A stretch of 56,023 nucleotides of DNA, taken from positions 1-56,023 of IMG/VR virus record IMGVR_UViG_3300025282_000041. The stretch is one strand, 5' to 3'. The notes under the pieces were generated by a model. That model saw only the letters and a list, made by a program, of their open reading frames with translations. It was not told where the DNA came from and made no database searches. Both the position numbers and the translations under genes were made by a program. Numbering within the stretch: the first letter of the stretch is position 1; each line of letters opens with the position of its first letter. Below, one piece after another: positions 12,801 through 21,495 of this stretch. The stretch comes from a virus (taxonomy: Duplodnaviria > Caudoviricetes).

Positions 12801-15800
12801 GTTCCCCGGTACAGCGTACCTTGACCAACACAAGGGAGTGCCGGCCCCACCATTCTACAATCAGGATATGCAGTTGTCACCAGACATGGCACAGGGCGCT
12901 GGGAATGTACCTACCGCCACTGACACACCGGATGATGACTCTGGGTCTGGAGGGTATCTAGAGGACGGCCAGACGGTAGTTCAGACACAACCAAGTCCTG
13001 TAGTGCTACGATTCGCCCATCCTTTTGGTCGCTACGAGGATGCTCAATCAGCAACCGTCAAGACCTCCACCACCTACCTCATCTTCGGGCCGGGTCAATC
13101 TGTACCACACTTCTTCCAGACTGAGTATGACACATACTCAGCCCCTACATCCATCCGTGAGCCATCTGTAGGCATGGCTGTTGGGGGGTTGCATAGTGTC
13201 AAGATGCAACGCCCAGCAGGTGCTGTTCCCAGTTATCCGTATCACATATCTGGCCCCACTGGTGCGAATGCATTGGGATGGTATGGCACACCATCATACG
13301 CATACCTGCCCAATGAGATTAGTCATGGTCATGCCACGACATGGGCGACAGGCACAAAGACGGTGGGGTTGTATGGTTGGAGTTCAGCGATTGGGTGGAT
13401 GCCACCAACTACGGCATATCAGGTCACTAACACTGCTAGATGGCAGGGAGTAGACAACTGGGAGCCTGCTCAGGGTGACCCTAATGCAGCACAGTACAAT
13501 CAAGCAGGGGCCGAATATGGGAGATACCTGAGTGACCACTTCCTTCGTCACGATGGTAGTCTTGACATAGCCCCAACTGCCAACATTTGGTCATTTGGGT
13601 CAGTCGGCAATGCGCACCCATTCACAGCACTATCGCAGTCCATCGTGGGTGCTAGTCATGCCACCCCAGCAACTGGTGGCGCACCTACAGCCGGCCCAGT
13701 CCTTGACTTCTCCAACCTACACGCAGATGCTACCGCTGCAGACATTTCATGGCACATGGATGGTGGACATGCACCGGGCGGTCACTTCTTCGATGACCGA
13801 GTCGTACGCAACCCAAACAACTTCGGCGTGTACTCGTATCCGTGGCGACAATCGACGGACATGAATGGTACTGGGTTTGCATTCAATGCTGCATACCGTG
13901 TCGGTGACAATGCTGCCATGTTCCGAGTCGGTGCGCCCATGCTACGCCGTCTGGTTGCAGATTGGGGATACGCTCAGGACAACTACTCAGGTGGTGTCGA
14001 GGGAGATGTAGACCGCGATGTAATCATCATCGACGCAACGCGTGTGCAGAACTCAGAGGAACTAGGTGCAGTCATCTCATGTGCAATCAACGAGTGGCCG
14101 GGTTCAGGAGCGCTCAAGGCATTAGGTGGCACATTCCTACCATCATTCCAACACGCACACAAGCAGGACCGCTACTCTTGGGTCCAACTACCGATGGAGA
14201 CTCTCGCTGGTACAGGCTCATTGAACGGTCGTGCTGACCACTTGACACATGTTGGTGCAGTAAGTACTCATTTTGAAGACCCCGCCCGCGATGCTGGAAT
14301 GAGTCTGAGCATCAGCGGGTCGACCTACTACATGCCACCATCACTACCCTATGTAGGTTGGGCGAGGTTCTTCCTAGATACTGCTGGAGCGGTCCAACGG
14401 TATGTCGGAGCCGATACGAGTCTTGATACAGTCGCTAGTATGAATGACCGAGGATTTTATGGGTTCTATCGTGGTGTCGCTCGTAGTGATGACACCGGAG
14501 TAAAAGCAACTGGAGCAAATCGTTCCATCTTCATCGGTCGAAACTATCGAACTGGTATGCGTATCGTAGAAGACCCAACTGTGGATGCCACAAAGCGAAC
14601 CATATCTGGGCCGGGAAGCACCTATCCGGGTCACATATATCTGGAACCTGCTTGCCATGTTGTGACACCAGATGCTGCGGGCGACAAGGCTCCTGTCATG
14701 CACATCTGGACAAAGACTGGCAACCACCGATGGGACAATGGTGGTATATCCAATCAGTTATCCCAATTGTTCTCTGTTGGAGACTCATCATTGTCCACCA
14801 CACAGAAGTATGTGTGGGATGCATTGGCAGGGACTCATGTACACTTCAATGGCCTGACCGATGCGATAGACCGGACACGACCCATTGGTGCCATTGGATG
14901 GCATGGGGAGCGATACTCAATGCTCAACTCACTGGGTATAGTGGAGAAGGGATACTGGGGCATCAGTCGAGGTTTGGGCGCATGGCATCCATTCCTGTCA
15001 TTCTCACCATATGGAAGCGGGTTGAACTGTCACTATTCCAACTACATCGGTCAGTACAGTACCACAGCAGCAGCAGCAGCAGCAGTACAGTACGGTTCTG
15101 GATGGATGAACAACATGAACAAGACGAAGGGAACCCATGAACATCACTTTGTCGTCATCAGCCATGAAGGAGAACTACCGTTGATTGCCCGCGCTGACAG
15201 GTTGGGACAAAGTGGGTGTGGTGACTTCTTGAGTGGGATATGGGATACAGCACCCGGAGGTAGTTCAATGACACCACCCGGCTTTGCTGACACCAATAAC
15301 ACAGCCGTACTACCGCGAGCAGAGAGCCTCCTTCGCACGACTGCATGGAGTAATGACATCCACAATCCAAGTAGATACTGGTGTCCAGCCAATGGTGGGC
15401 CATATGTGGAGGCACAGGTCGTAGCCGGGATGGACAACCCCACCACTAACAACACCAAGAGGACCAATATGAAGTGGGGGGCTGTGAACAATGACGGTGC
15501 CGACAACGCACTTGCAGACAACTGTGCGGCCCAGACTGGTGACCTGTTCACATCCAAGGAATGGTTGGGTATGGCCAATGCCCTATATCAAGACACGAAT
15601 GGGTTGGGTGGGATACGAGATGGCTCAGCATTCCCCGGCATATTCGATGCTGACAATGAGCCACACCGATATTGGCATGACCCCCTTAGCAACACCGGAA
15701 AAACATCATCATTGAACTTCGGCGTGAACCACATAGTCTGGAAGCGCATGGATGGTGGCAACCTATCACTACCTGCACCCAACGCCCGAGGTCTTGGAGC

Positions 15801-18800
15801 AGTACCTTGGACATGGCGCAAGCAAAGCGGCACCACCAACTACTACAAGACTGGTGAGACAACCTATGGCAACTGTCGGTTCTCGTTTGAGACGACCAAC
15901 AGCGCCATGTTCCCTGTCATCCAAGCACAGGAACTGGCACACCCACAACTGGCTGAGCGATTCCCTCATCTAGTCAGGAACGCACTCATCATCCCCAACG
16001 AGGACATCCAGTTTGAAAGCATGGTTGTCATTGATGACACAGGGCAAGAACACACCATCGAGGGTGGCTCCCCGTTCGGAAGCATCATTCGTGACTTCAA
16101 GGAGATATCTGACAGGTCAACCGAAGGCCTAGCACCTGCCCTTGGAGGGTCAGGCAACAGTCCGAACATGCGCATCCAGTTGCCAGACCCAAACACCATC
16201 CCCGGCAACATCGTGGTGCGCTCCGGGTTCGACCGCCTACAGGCATACCAGAATGAGTCAATCGGCACTGGTGGGCTTCAGCATCCCGGCCAACCAACCT
16301 CATTCGTATCCAAGGCATTCGATGGCAGTGGCCCAGATGTGGCTACATGGCCGACTTGGGAAAACAATAATTGGGAACAGATTTCAGTGGGACCGAGCAA
16401 TAACTCAGCAGACTCAAAGGAGATTGGCACCTCGCATGACTTCCCAGATTCATTCCAGACTGGTTGGGACGGTGCCACAAACGATGCACCACTACAGACG
16501 GCATACGAACCCCATGACCGCACTCTCTACTTTCACATCACCAAGATGGACATATCCTACAGCAAGCGTGAGGATGTTGGCTCAGTTGAGTTCCTGCATC
16601 GGACACCTGTAGGTGGCAGTGCAACCAACCTCGTGGTGCGTGACAACATCACCGTCAATCAGACTGTGTTCACTGGCGTCGAACTTGTGTATGATGGAAC
16701 AGTACACTATGCGACTGTGAGTGGTCTTACATCAGGCCCAGTATTTGGTAATCTAGATGAACAACTCAATGATGGGACAGGGCGATGGTTCTTGGTGGCC
16801 ACCAACTCAGCGGGCAAGGTAGCCATCGCATCCTATACGGGCATCACCACTGGCTCCACCAAGTTCACTGGTGTTGTGTTCGGGCCGGGGTGGGATTCTA
16901 CATTTGATGACGCTACCATCCATCCATCTTACTACACACCTGCAGGAACCACCCGCCTGTTTGCTGCCCGTCGACTGCGTGACCATGCTGAGATAAGCGG
17001 TGACAGCCCAGACATGCCACGCATCGAATGGCACAAGTTGAATGCCGGTACTTCTGACAATCCCTACACCCTCATCACTGCACCCAAGTTGACGCCCATG
17101 CCCATTCCACGCATGGGTCACCACTATGTGAATGCGACAATGGCCATGATGCCGGGTCACTTGGCACACCCATTGTATCAAGGTCTATACCGTGACCACC
17201 TAGCCTGTGCTGGTTCAGCCTACGCATCGCTTGATAGCAATATAGATGAGAACAGCGGTAATGCGAACGCCCTCCCAACTATGGACCCCAACATCTGGTT
17301 CTCCAACCTGACACCGAACTATGCACCATCTGACATCCACGGTGGGGCATTCACACTGATGACTGAGACCAAGGTTCGGTTCGACGGGTATGGCATCCTC
17401 GCCTCTTCTGGTGTAGCAGGGGTGGTGAACAGCAAGGGTGGCCATGTCATCATATTGGAGGCAGCCAACCAACACACCCAGACCTCTCACTTCCCTGACC
17501 CATTAGAGGTGGGGGCATACCAAATCATTATCCAACCCAACATTTTCAGCCAGCAAATCACTGGATTCCATGAGAACACACCGTTTGGCGACACAACCTC
17601 GCCTCGTAATGCAGCAGATGGTGCTTTTGAGGCAGACCTTGAATTGAACCTTACTGGCCAACAGGTGGCAACTGTTGTCGGTGTCGTACATGACTGGGCC
17701 ACCTATGGTGGTAGCAGTCTAATCCTAGCAGACACCGTATCCGCTGATGTGAGAGGATGTGAAATCTACATCAATGAAGTCATGCTGGACATCGACCCTG
17801 CACCGGGTCAGCAATTCACCTCACTACCACCATTGGCGAACTTCAATCCGTTGGGTGTGAACGAGACGATGAGTCCTCCCTTCACTCGTCGTTCGCTGCC
17901 ATATCATCCTACCGCGTTCAAGCGAGCCACACCGGGGTACACCTTGACCATCCCTTGGTGGGCCATCGGTGTGCAGACTGGCAACTATTCTGGTCTCACC
18001 TTGTTCGGCGTGGATGACTACTATCTGTTCAATCGCTCCACACTTGGTGCCATCAGCGCCCAAATCACACTCGCCGGTTATCCCACTCACTTCTATGAAC
18101 CATACACTCGTGAACTGCAGAGCCTCAACCCACGATGTAAGGTTGTAGCCAACCCCACTGCCGCCGCTAGTGTCACCCTGTCTGTTGATGACAACGCTCT
18201 GTTCCCATTGAACGGTGCGACATACGGGCGCAAGGTTGTCACGATTGATTCCGCTGGCACAGAGCACTTTGCAACATACACGGCTCGTGGGACCAGTGGG
18301 GCATCCACTGGGGATACAGACAGGTTCCTCGTATTCACCCCGGCAGATGGGCTAGGTGCATCCTCCCCCATATGGAATGTATTGACCAGTAGTCACAGCC
18401 TCTACAATGGGGGTACCCTCCGGTTGATGGGCGCGCACAACAACTTCTCACCGGGCGATAATTACACTGACCAGACCATCAGCCCACTACCACGCACACT
18501 ACCACAGTTGTTGTCCGGCACCAGAGACACCAACAGCCTTCACATGGCCGATGCATACCTGTGCATGTGGCATCACAATCTGGGTCGCCCATACACCAAG
18601 TTATCCGATGGGTCACACGCCAGAGGTCGGAATGATGCATACCCACCAGTCAACAAGAAGCCGTACAACATCATGCCCGAATCGTTTGAGATGGTTCACT
18701 ACCACGAGTTCTCGTATGCCATCAGCAACGGCCCATTCGCACTTGGCATGAAGGGAATGTCCCACAGGTCTGTAAGTGGTACATCGACAGGTGCATGGGA

Positions 18801-21495
18801 TAATGCCAACCATCGTGCGACACTAACAGGAGGTCATGTGAACAACTTTGGAGCAGATGGTGGGACATTTGATGGGTTCTATCTTGAGTGTGGTGGTGCG
18901 AGGGCATACACTGCTCCCGGCACTGTGACATTCACCATTACATATGGCACCAACAGGTTGACTGCAACTAGTGGTGGGACTAGTGTCCTTACCACATTTG
19001 AGGCCAAGGTCATATCTGGTGCGGTGCTAAATCTCATCCAACCATCACTTACCAATGCGCCAGAGGACCCCGACTCAGTCGCACCCATAGCGCCAACGGT
19101 GATGCCATCAGGTGCCAAGTTCTTCTATGGTGGGTTCTGGCCCGGAGGGACACGATACGGAGCCAGTGCATCACGGTTGGACATGTGGGGTGATGTCGAG
19201 CGAGGCTGGAATGTAGCCGACCCATTCTCTGGGTCATGCATAGCGTACACGGCCCAGTATAATGCTGGACCGGCACTAGACCCAATGGAGATACGAACAG
19301 ACCAGACGGTGACTGCAGCATGGGCCAACTTCCCAACCACACCGAACGACGGTGTTCCTTGGACGCGGAACTACTGCTTTGGCTATCGGTTCTCGGTGCG
19401 TCAGCCATACAATCGACCCAAGTGGGCTATCGCAATCAAGAGCGTTGCAGATGCAGCATCAGGCTCACATAGCAATGGTCACTACGCATACTTCAACGGG
19501 CCATTCGTTCAAGCGGAGAGTGGTACTTGGACAAGTCGTGCAGTCACGCCAAACAATGACACAGCGACCCTTGCGAATGGGACGATAACAGGCATCATTG
19601 AGAGACAGACGAATGCATCTGCGTTGCTCAGCCATGACCTCCCCACTTGGCAGGTCAGGTATAGCGATGGTCGTCGCATGACCAGACCGTTCGGTTGCCC
19701 CATCCGAGTCCTACGAAACGATGACAAGTCAAGGCGGCTGTTCCCCGGCGACCATATAGGCAAGAGCATCGAAGACCTCGTGAAGGCAAACATGTACTAT
19801 GTGGTCGACTGGTGGGGCAACACCACAGGTGAGGATGTCCGCCGATTCCCTGTGCGTGGGTTCGGAGTGCGACCGGCATTCGACCCGGAGGCATGGAGGT
19901 ATGTCCTACCATTCCCACTACCTGCCACATCACTGTTCTTCATGCATCCAGACACAGTGCAGCCACCGTCTGTGCAACAAGGCAATCGCAATGAATCCAA
20001 CAACGCCGTCTTCGATGCGGTCAGTAGTTACTACACCAAACTAGCAGACTTCTTCAACCCGATTGACAGTGTTCGTGTTGGTGACCGAGGTGATGGGCGA
20101 GGCTCCAGATACCCGGTGTTCTTCAACGAGTACATACTGCAGGATGTGGACACCACTATGAACCCAATAGGTATGGTGATGTCATATCACACTGCAGAAC
20201 CTCCATTCACCACCGGCCTGTTGCGACCACGCAACGATGCGCTACAGGACTACGAGGTGCCTCGTGGAATCAGTGGTCGTCTTGGCATATCAGACACCGA
20301 TGGGCTGTTGAAGCCCGAGGGCATGGTCGGAGCGAATGTCGAACAGATATCTGGGGTGTTTGGAGCAGAGGGATTATCGTTCTATGACCCCGTATCTCGC
20401 TTGTCACCACGCATCGGGTTGGATTCCATGACCGTCACCGAGGCCAGTGACAATGACCCACGAAACTACATTGTTCAGGCAACACAGGCAACCAGCCTAC
20501 ACACAGACCGTGAAGTAGGGCAACGGTACATATTCCAAGGTTCGTTTGAAACTATTGACCTGTACAGTTCATCAGGAGTAGGGACTATCGGTGCAGGGAT
20601 AACCCACCTTGACATGTCTAAGACAGCGGGTACTGATGTGTGGGCCGATGGTGAGGGTGGTGTGCTACGATTCAACAACGCTCATGGTGTATCTCCGATG
20701 GGAGGCAACTACATCATGGAGGTGTCTAGCCATGTGGAGCCATTCAATGACTACAACTGGGGCATAGACACAGCCAATGCTGCGTATGTACTAAGCACCT
20801 TCGGGCCAACATCGAACCCATATCAAGGGAATGCCACAGCCGGTGTGAATGACCCAATGCGACGAAGGACGAATGCCACAGACAAGACAATCCGATTCCT
20901 ACTCCGAGTGTGCATGACACTTGACAGTCGCCATATAGCATTGTTCAGGCCACGAGGCCCAGCAACATTGAAGGGACCCCAATCATCTAGCCATGCAACA
21001 TTCTTTAAGATGACAGGGGGTTGTCGATATGGGCTGTTCAACTATGATATGCCCAATGCTCGGGCAGTGACCAGTGGGAGATATGTCCAGACAACAAACC
21101 CATCACCAACCAGTGGGCCATATGTAGCATCGTACATCCCAGACCACAAAGGGGGTACTTCTTTCAGTAGCAACAAGTCTCATGGCCCATATATTCGTGG
21201 GGCAGGTGTAGATGGAACGACACCAACACTGGCAGATGCCGTTGCTCGTCTCATCATCAGCGAGAACACACTGCAGCACTACCGTTCCGACGCATCACGA
21301 CGCCAAGGCACCGAGGACGATGATGGTGATGTGACGGTGAGGTATGACTACACGGTGGAGCCAAGGCACAGTCAGACGCTACACCCGAAGGGTGAAGATG
21401 CGACAACCGACTTCAATACGGCAGACCATGATGACGATACACCAGATGATTACTATGCTACAGGCACTGGGAGCCTCAGGACGGTGGACTACTGA
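3853..21495 (+). CDS. Giant (~5,880 aa) virion/tail adhesion protein with N-terminal LamG (ConA-like) domain
   Basis: Single 17.6-kb ORF. N-terminal FNGVSD...FTIEAWV...YHIVGVF...KLYVNG...LYIGG...FRGTI...ALWRFEE matches LamG_3. G/T/S/A-rich, located in the tail module. ATG at 3853 preferred over 3838. Confidence 0.8.
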   Translation: MTLIGKTSHALFFNGVSDAVVVPQALFSKTGMNVGVGGKSSVTTTGHTRMTEGVQSEHTTLGRITQSFTIEAWVIPDCGGVIASKEGMFDLRMGEVGTPGPAQFMVQVFNANLGQQTITVSSASPFIAASAQNGWDGIVYPTHGNDSLQGTFNRFNGSKNNESALNRNHRELYHIVGVFTGEQVKLYVNGELVASQKLQQKMPLNHNANDLYIGGKGGEFRGTIEGLHIRRGFNESAIRPAPIIASGDTIALWRFEEPVEVPSLELNLNVAATASTSASGSTLTINNAQGKLLVEYLTGQTPTEDTIVALDGAPYTNGKYQVSTAGAIQAPDHLPINLLINPTGVDEKTGVAYQTSPPERVRLKTVTWDSDGTTNTTLQVYSIHLDFSNSTTTGLRGLLHAHAAFDATNQKALGSMMVVINSDLLVDSGTGKPLRPPGYGTQAIDRTGQMVIDEVGANHGFMFNQQLATNTTTNPYAFNWGASAIPDGFQAGHTGRHLYSHVTGHPFLRHLPPAEEEVVVQRIDGDNDRFSASFDGAATGLKDQLPIGSIVDIHRQGYMGKTMTVESSSTITAMTSGGAAVENGMVGVDSTQRNLIAIGGAGFNPTPFLLKGHALLDENISNATYDLHLTPEDEPRVAILEVPGLSANNIAPYVEIHYNAIDLKGSTIQYAASGIATTGWDNVNHRATLATNAVKAFGAHNDTFDGYYLTCGGERAYGSTGTVTFTVNHTNNRLDATGGGASVLAAFEAQVNAAGALIQLELRGPALCVTKTIPDAATIITGTTQVADLIQTAITAGTTIHAPGGMIRIDDKDIGTGSVTMDDHRLVGDNTGGTTFEIELDKSMIPSNHMPNASTDSPQLPPQGVVASHVATTTHPSTYHKLIVRPLQSGASAKARFDPPVTTAPNQFILSPLVEASSNANGAFDTPASNHRTHLHESYDIIDNWVEGKSRVFVVQPTIRSRTMQLSKFVGSETNFTDTNFVSIEYLLMRGRIKSFQDVRTTKRSLLVRGIGLMDDVKGVQASFTGDASPDSHPVKEISPGGPVVAVSLGGPGQGAINTKPTYDPSPIARIGWNTRRPCGATISAVDVGSVPKTIYVQPMNNNSESLATWGHICFPPGSGSGGTGIARIHLANGASAAYYDIIGRNFAFDTTDTNMVGWFINADGTTESTFANWVAINTAVNGKNIYVDPYIGDDTVCEDGTTIQDRLFQKLGSVTHDYQLGTQYASTRALVEIPLFPYHFFEDRDKGIFPGPDNSMRINLDATLTAQNWCPNPVGRRPCGGGIAGTDTTVVGPYGYQFTQELVTKGTIATSTISKQSGHGNQPRLFVDNIDIFPDANDWDDEISINRRGGGTITANKVFLENGEWAYYCGKASNYLILLDNDTGESNARSGQFFESLEVGMRVSPTMQTFDDNVVSIADDNRYSVSEAQEFRSPYYHDMANVQTQGGNVDYGLKQYVSAVEFKDGPRENPHLPKLQPGRWSGNVKHYGHAGGVSTILVSDDELFPEIGAMLRYGAKTIFDWKVLNLRTGAYLAINYTTTFAVGGSSANPLGSASGFAAQTWHPRGFHKILTVKNWTSYAAAVVPADIKEGDDLLLVSLEVNPNNGPVSPGAYADTFPKVIDDAVLNASWLFPYASGGLRSGDTVWMNMHYTNPHATEGMFCKSRGVLDEGKVWNGFNGGSGLMTTRSRSSTPLENFLIGNTCRETAENFAQHVNKTIELNLKNMSHPSVGRIVAFVDPYLSKDTHARVLLYDVKGDRELVAFNDLHMQVQSSPDAIKIDNLDVAYGFTSQQLGKDSSKAYTTSDGGGIDSHASTGYLLSPKVRGPTGTSTFIEGAYAHIDQVVLNVDRNDNTDTSSNALMKWELTNLFKRNYEQGPTRMPSTCSNGRMPLRTQDAACCLSEAQNYHGQGLQDETEAGAFWTPAHAHAATAVRFNSITFDTPNGTRAIPAFLCLKGIRAVDSTTTDADLSNLPHWKQMDFVRRLSIDLGEIGLKEGVTNIESAAREIVRYINQAGAKQGRSNIRRPPDQYPGKSLDGDPAFAHIAADYAVTGSTHDPASFWDDEAFSSYDRGSHMGYLRAHIGRVIEDTDGVEGFTVVIHSTIPGATGRNFCAWLDNSRGQAPYKPQFLVGHGGRFRNFYCQPDEKWGECMHPAPMPIDKNGKPFAPITTLHEMTLSSEPSTHVDDTQNRSPTVQESFVATEGTATVTNISGNIGAGSASNTVGSETNLHNEAHIIQGLRVGTQAHAQINCGGLVASGIPGWSPDLGTWGFGDGENSRAHSIYSSNGPSAYTTHVPSGDMIDVGDSQMYAFQFTDHLKRNHNIRMVYKQYGKVFSSINTKLPSSLENEVVIWFDDRNVGDGGFTIGKHMKGIGDAANRIKTGHDWKTGVALSTIGNQNYCGNRWNGVPAHEGAYAVTVVKPAAGATTLRLQSGAGTVGSFGRDNAGIWHDLPDGTVDVLGYLGFPKENGVMQVSVPKTGTLKEMGNSGYFVSYTHRTTAGKAGPHSFFGCEGLDTTGLKDFAAGVIGPTQYTDAQAPVCISPTPNWTTLVTDELIAAAVEYALTMGDPNSDEVGATSFDCTEMYTGDGRTFGEWGVSSTAIRVKAYSNTTEVIAPRHLFEVNRQPDWGILDAHVHETQVSTTISGTAYLSPIGALATSASTRGLLNSVIDAGQQLSCGYIPKTVLHITTRYRGTNANTATPVIIDSDNNPINTDIWKQNLRGERYTYWPGDHILPRAENPATIVDGNTAASTWTITLTDSATYGVHQAFHFAPVGRAKAEDVNTISPAGSTHVPFYTTPNLGEDASYSERYTVWFSDREWCSVEAYALDVGPVTDDYGARHKHVFNRDIFAGAGVLTAARQNSESEDFDSLVDAAIGQDMCVLALWGNRPLLDGMRTTGSNKQAEPYVYFRGARDSPDHSVPLYFGGGFSGAVMDINDGTQNDYTDFYTHPYSSGPTGCAGIQNANELMGSHCILDTTAMLAMFPGTAYLDQHKGVPAPPFYNQDMQLSPDMAQGAGNVPTATDTPDDDSGSGGYLEDGQTVVQTQPSPVVLRFAHPFGRYEDAQSATVKTSTTYLIFGPGQSVPHFFQTEYDTYSAPTSIREPSVGMAVGGLHSVKMQRPAGAVPSYPYHISGPTGANALGWYGTPSYAYLPNEISHGHATTWATGTKTVGLYGWSSAIGWMPPTTAYQVTNTARWQGVDNWEPAQGDPNAAQYNQAGAEYGRYLSDHFLRHDGSLDIAPTANIWSFGSVGNAHPFTALSQSIVGASHATPATGGAPTAGPVLDFSNLHADATAADISWHMDGGHAPGGHFFDDRVVRNPNNFGVYSYPWRQSTDMNGTGFAFNAAYRVGDNAAMFRVGAPMLRRLVADWGYAQDNYSGGVEGDVDRDVIIIDATRVQNSEELGAVISCAINEWPGSGALKALGGTFLPSFQHAHKQDRYSWVQLPMETLAGTGSLNGRADHLTHVGAVSTHFEDPARDAGMSLSISGSTYYMPPSLPYVGWARFFLDTAGAVQRYVGADTSLDTVASMNDRGFYGFYRGVARSDDTGVKATGANRSIFIGRNYRTGMRIVEDPTVDATKRTISGPGSTYPGHIYLEPACHVVTPDAAGDKAPVMHIWTKTGNHRWDNGGISNQLSQLFSVGDSSLSTTQKYVWDALAGTHVHFNGLTDAIDRTRPIGAIGWHGERYSMLNSLGIVEKGYWGISRGLGAWHPFLSFSPYGSGLNCHYSNYIGQYSTTAAAAAAVQYGSGWMNNMNKTKGTHEHHFVVISHEGELPLIARADRLGQSGCGDFLSGIWDTAPGGSSMTPPGFADTNNTAVLPRAESLLRTTAWSNDIHNPSRYWCPANGGPYVEAQVVAGMDNPTTNNTKRTNMKWGAVNNDGADNALADNCAAQTGDLFTSKEWLGMANALYQDTNGLGGIRDGSAFPGIFDADNEPHRYWHDPLSNTGKTSSLNFGVNHIVWKRMDGGNLSLPAPNARGLGAVPWTWRKQSGTTNYYKTGETTYGNCRFSFETTNSAMFPVIQAQELAHPQLAERFPHLVRNALIIPNEDIQFESMVVIDDTGQEHTIEGGSPFGSIIRDFKEISDRSTEGLAPALGGSGNSPNMRIQLPDPNTIPGNIVVRSGFDRLQAYQNESIGTGGLQHPGQPTSFVSKAFDGSGPDVATWPTWENNNWEQISVGPSNNSADSKEIGTSHDFPDSFQTGWDGATNDAPLQTAYEPHDRTLYFHITKMDISYSKREDVGSVEFLHRTPVGGSATNLVVRDNITVNQTVFTGVELVYDGTVHYATVSGLTSGPVFGNLDEQLNDGTGRWFLVATNSAGKVAIASYTGITTGSTKFTGVVFGPGWDSTFDDATIHPSYYTPAGTTRLFAARRLRDHAEISGDSPDMPRIEWHKLNAGTSDNPYTLITAPKLTPMPIPRMGHHYVNATMAMMPGHLAHPLYQGLYRDHLACAGSAYASLDSNIDENSGNANALPTMDPNIWFSNLTPNYAPSDIHGGAFTLMTETKVRFDGYGILASSGVAGVVNSKGGHVIILEAANQHTQTSHFPDPLEVGAYQIIIQPNIFSQQITGFHENTPFGDTTSPRNAADGAFEADLELNLTGQQVATVVGVVHDWATYGGSSLILADTVSADVRGCEIYINEVMLDIDPAPGQQFTSLPPLANFNPLGVNETMSPPFTRRSLPYHPTAFKRATPGYTLTIPWWAIGVQTGNYSGLTLFGVDDYYLFNRSTLGAISAQITLAGYPTHFYEPYTRELQSLNPRCKVVANPTAAASVTLSVDDNALFPLNGATYGRKVVTIDSAGTEHFATYTARGTSGASTGDTDRFLVFTPADGLGASSPIWNVLTSSHSLYNGGTLRLMGAHNNFSPGDNYTDQTISPLPRTLPQLLSGTRDTNSLHMADAYLCMWHHNLGRPYTKLSDGSHARGRNDAYPPVNKKPYNIMPESFEMVHYHEFSYAISNGPFALGMKGMSHRSVSGTSTGAWDNANHRATLTGGHVNNFGADGGTFDGFYLECGGARAYTAPGTVTFTITYGTNRLTATSGGTSVLTTFEAKVISGAVLNLIQPSLTNAPEDPDSVAPIAPTVMPSGAKFFYGGFWPGGTRYGASASRLDMWGDVERGWNVADPFSGSCIAYTAQYNAGPALDPMEIRTDQTVTAAWANFPTTPNDGVPWTRNYCFGYRFSVRQPYNRPKWAIAIKSVADAASGSHSNGHYAYFNGPFVQAESGTWTSRAVTPNNDTATLANGTITGIIERQTNASALLSHDLPTWQVRYSDGRRMTRPFGCPIRVLRNDDKSRRLFPGDHIGKSIEDLVKANMYYVVDWWGNTTGEDVRRFPVRGFGVRPAFDPEAWRYVLPFPLPATSLFFMHPDTVQPPSVQQGNRNESNNAVFDAVSSYYTKLADFFNPIDSVRVGDRGDGRGSRYPVFFNEYILQDVDTTMNPIGMVMSYHTAEPPFTTGLLRPRNDALQDYEVPRGISGRLGISDTDGLLKPEGMVGANVEQISGVFGAEGLSFYDPVSRLSPRIGLDSMTVTEASDNDPRNYIVQATQATSLHTDREVGQRYIFQGSFETIDLYSSSGVGTIGAGITHLDMSKTAGTDVWADGEGGVLRFNNAHGVSPMGGNYIMEVSSHVEPFNDYNWGIDTANAAYVLSTFGPTSNPYQGNATAGVNDPMRRRTNATDKTIRFLLRVCMTLDSRHIALFRPRGPATLKGPQSSSHATFFKMTGGCRYGLFNYDMPNARAVTSGRYVQTTNPSPTSGPYVASYIPDHKGGTSFSSNKSHGPYIRGAGVDGTTPTLADAVARLIISENTLQHYRSDASRRQGTEDDDGDVTVRYDYTVEPRHSQTLHPKGEDATTDFNTADHDDDTPDDYYATGTGSLRTVDY

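Noticed and set aside
15067-15084. (GCA)6 microsatellite
   Set aside because: Short in-frame poly-Ala tract; no evidence of phase variation.
5890-19011. Diversity-generating retroelement template/variable repeat pair
   Set aside because: The two copies differ at all base types rather than only at adenines, and no reverse transcriptase is present in the window.
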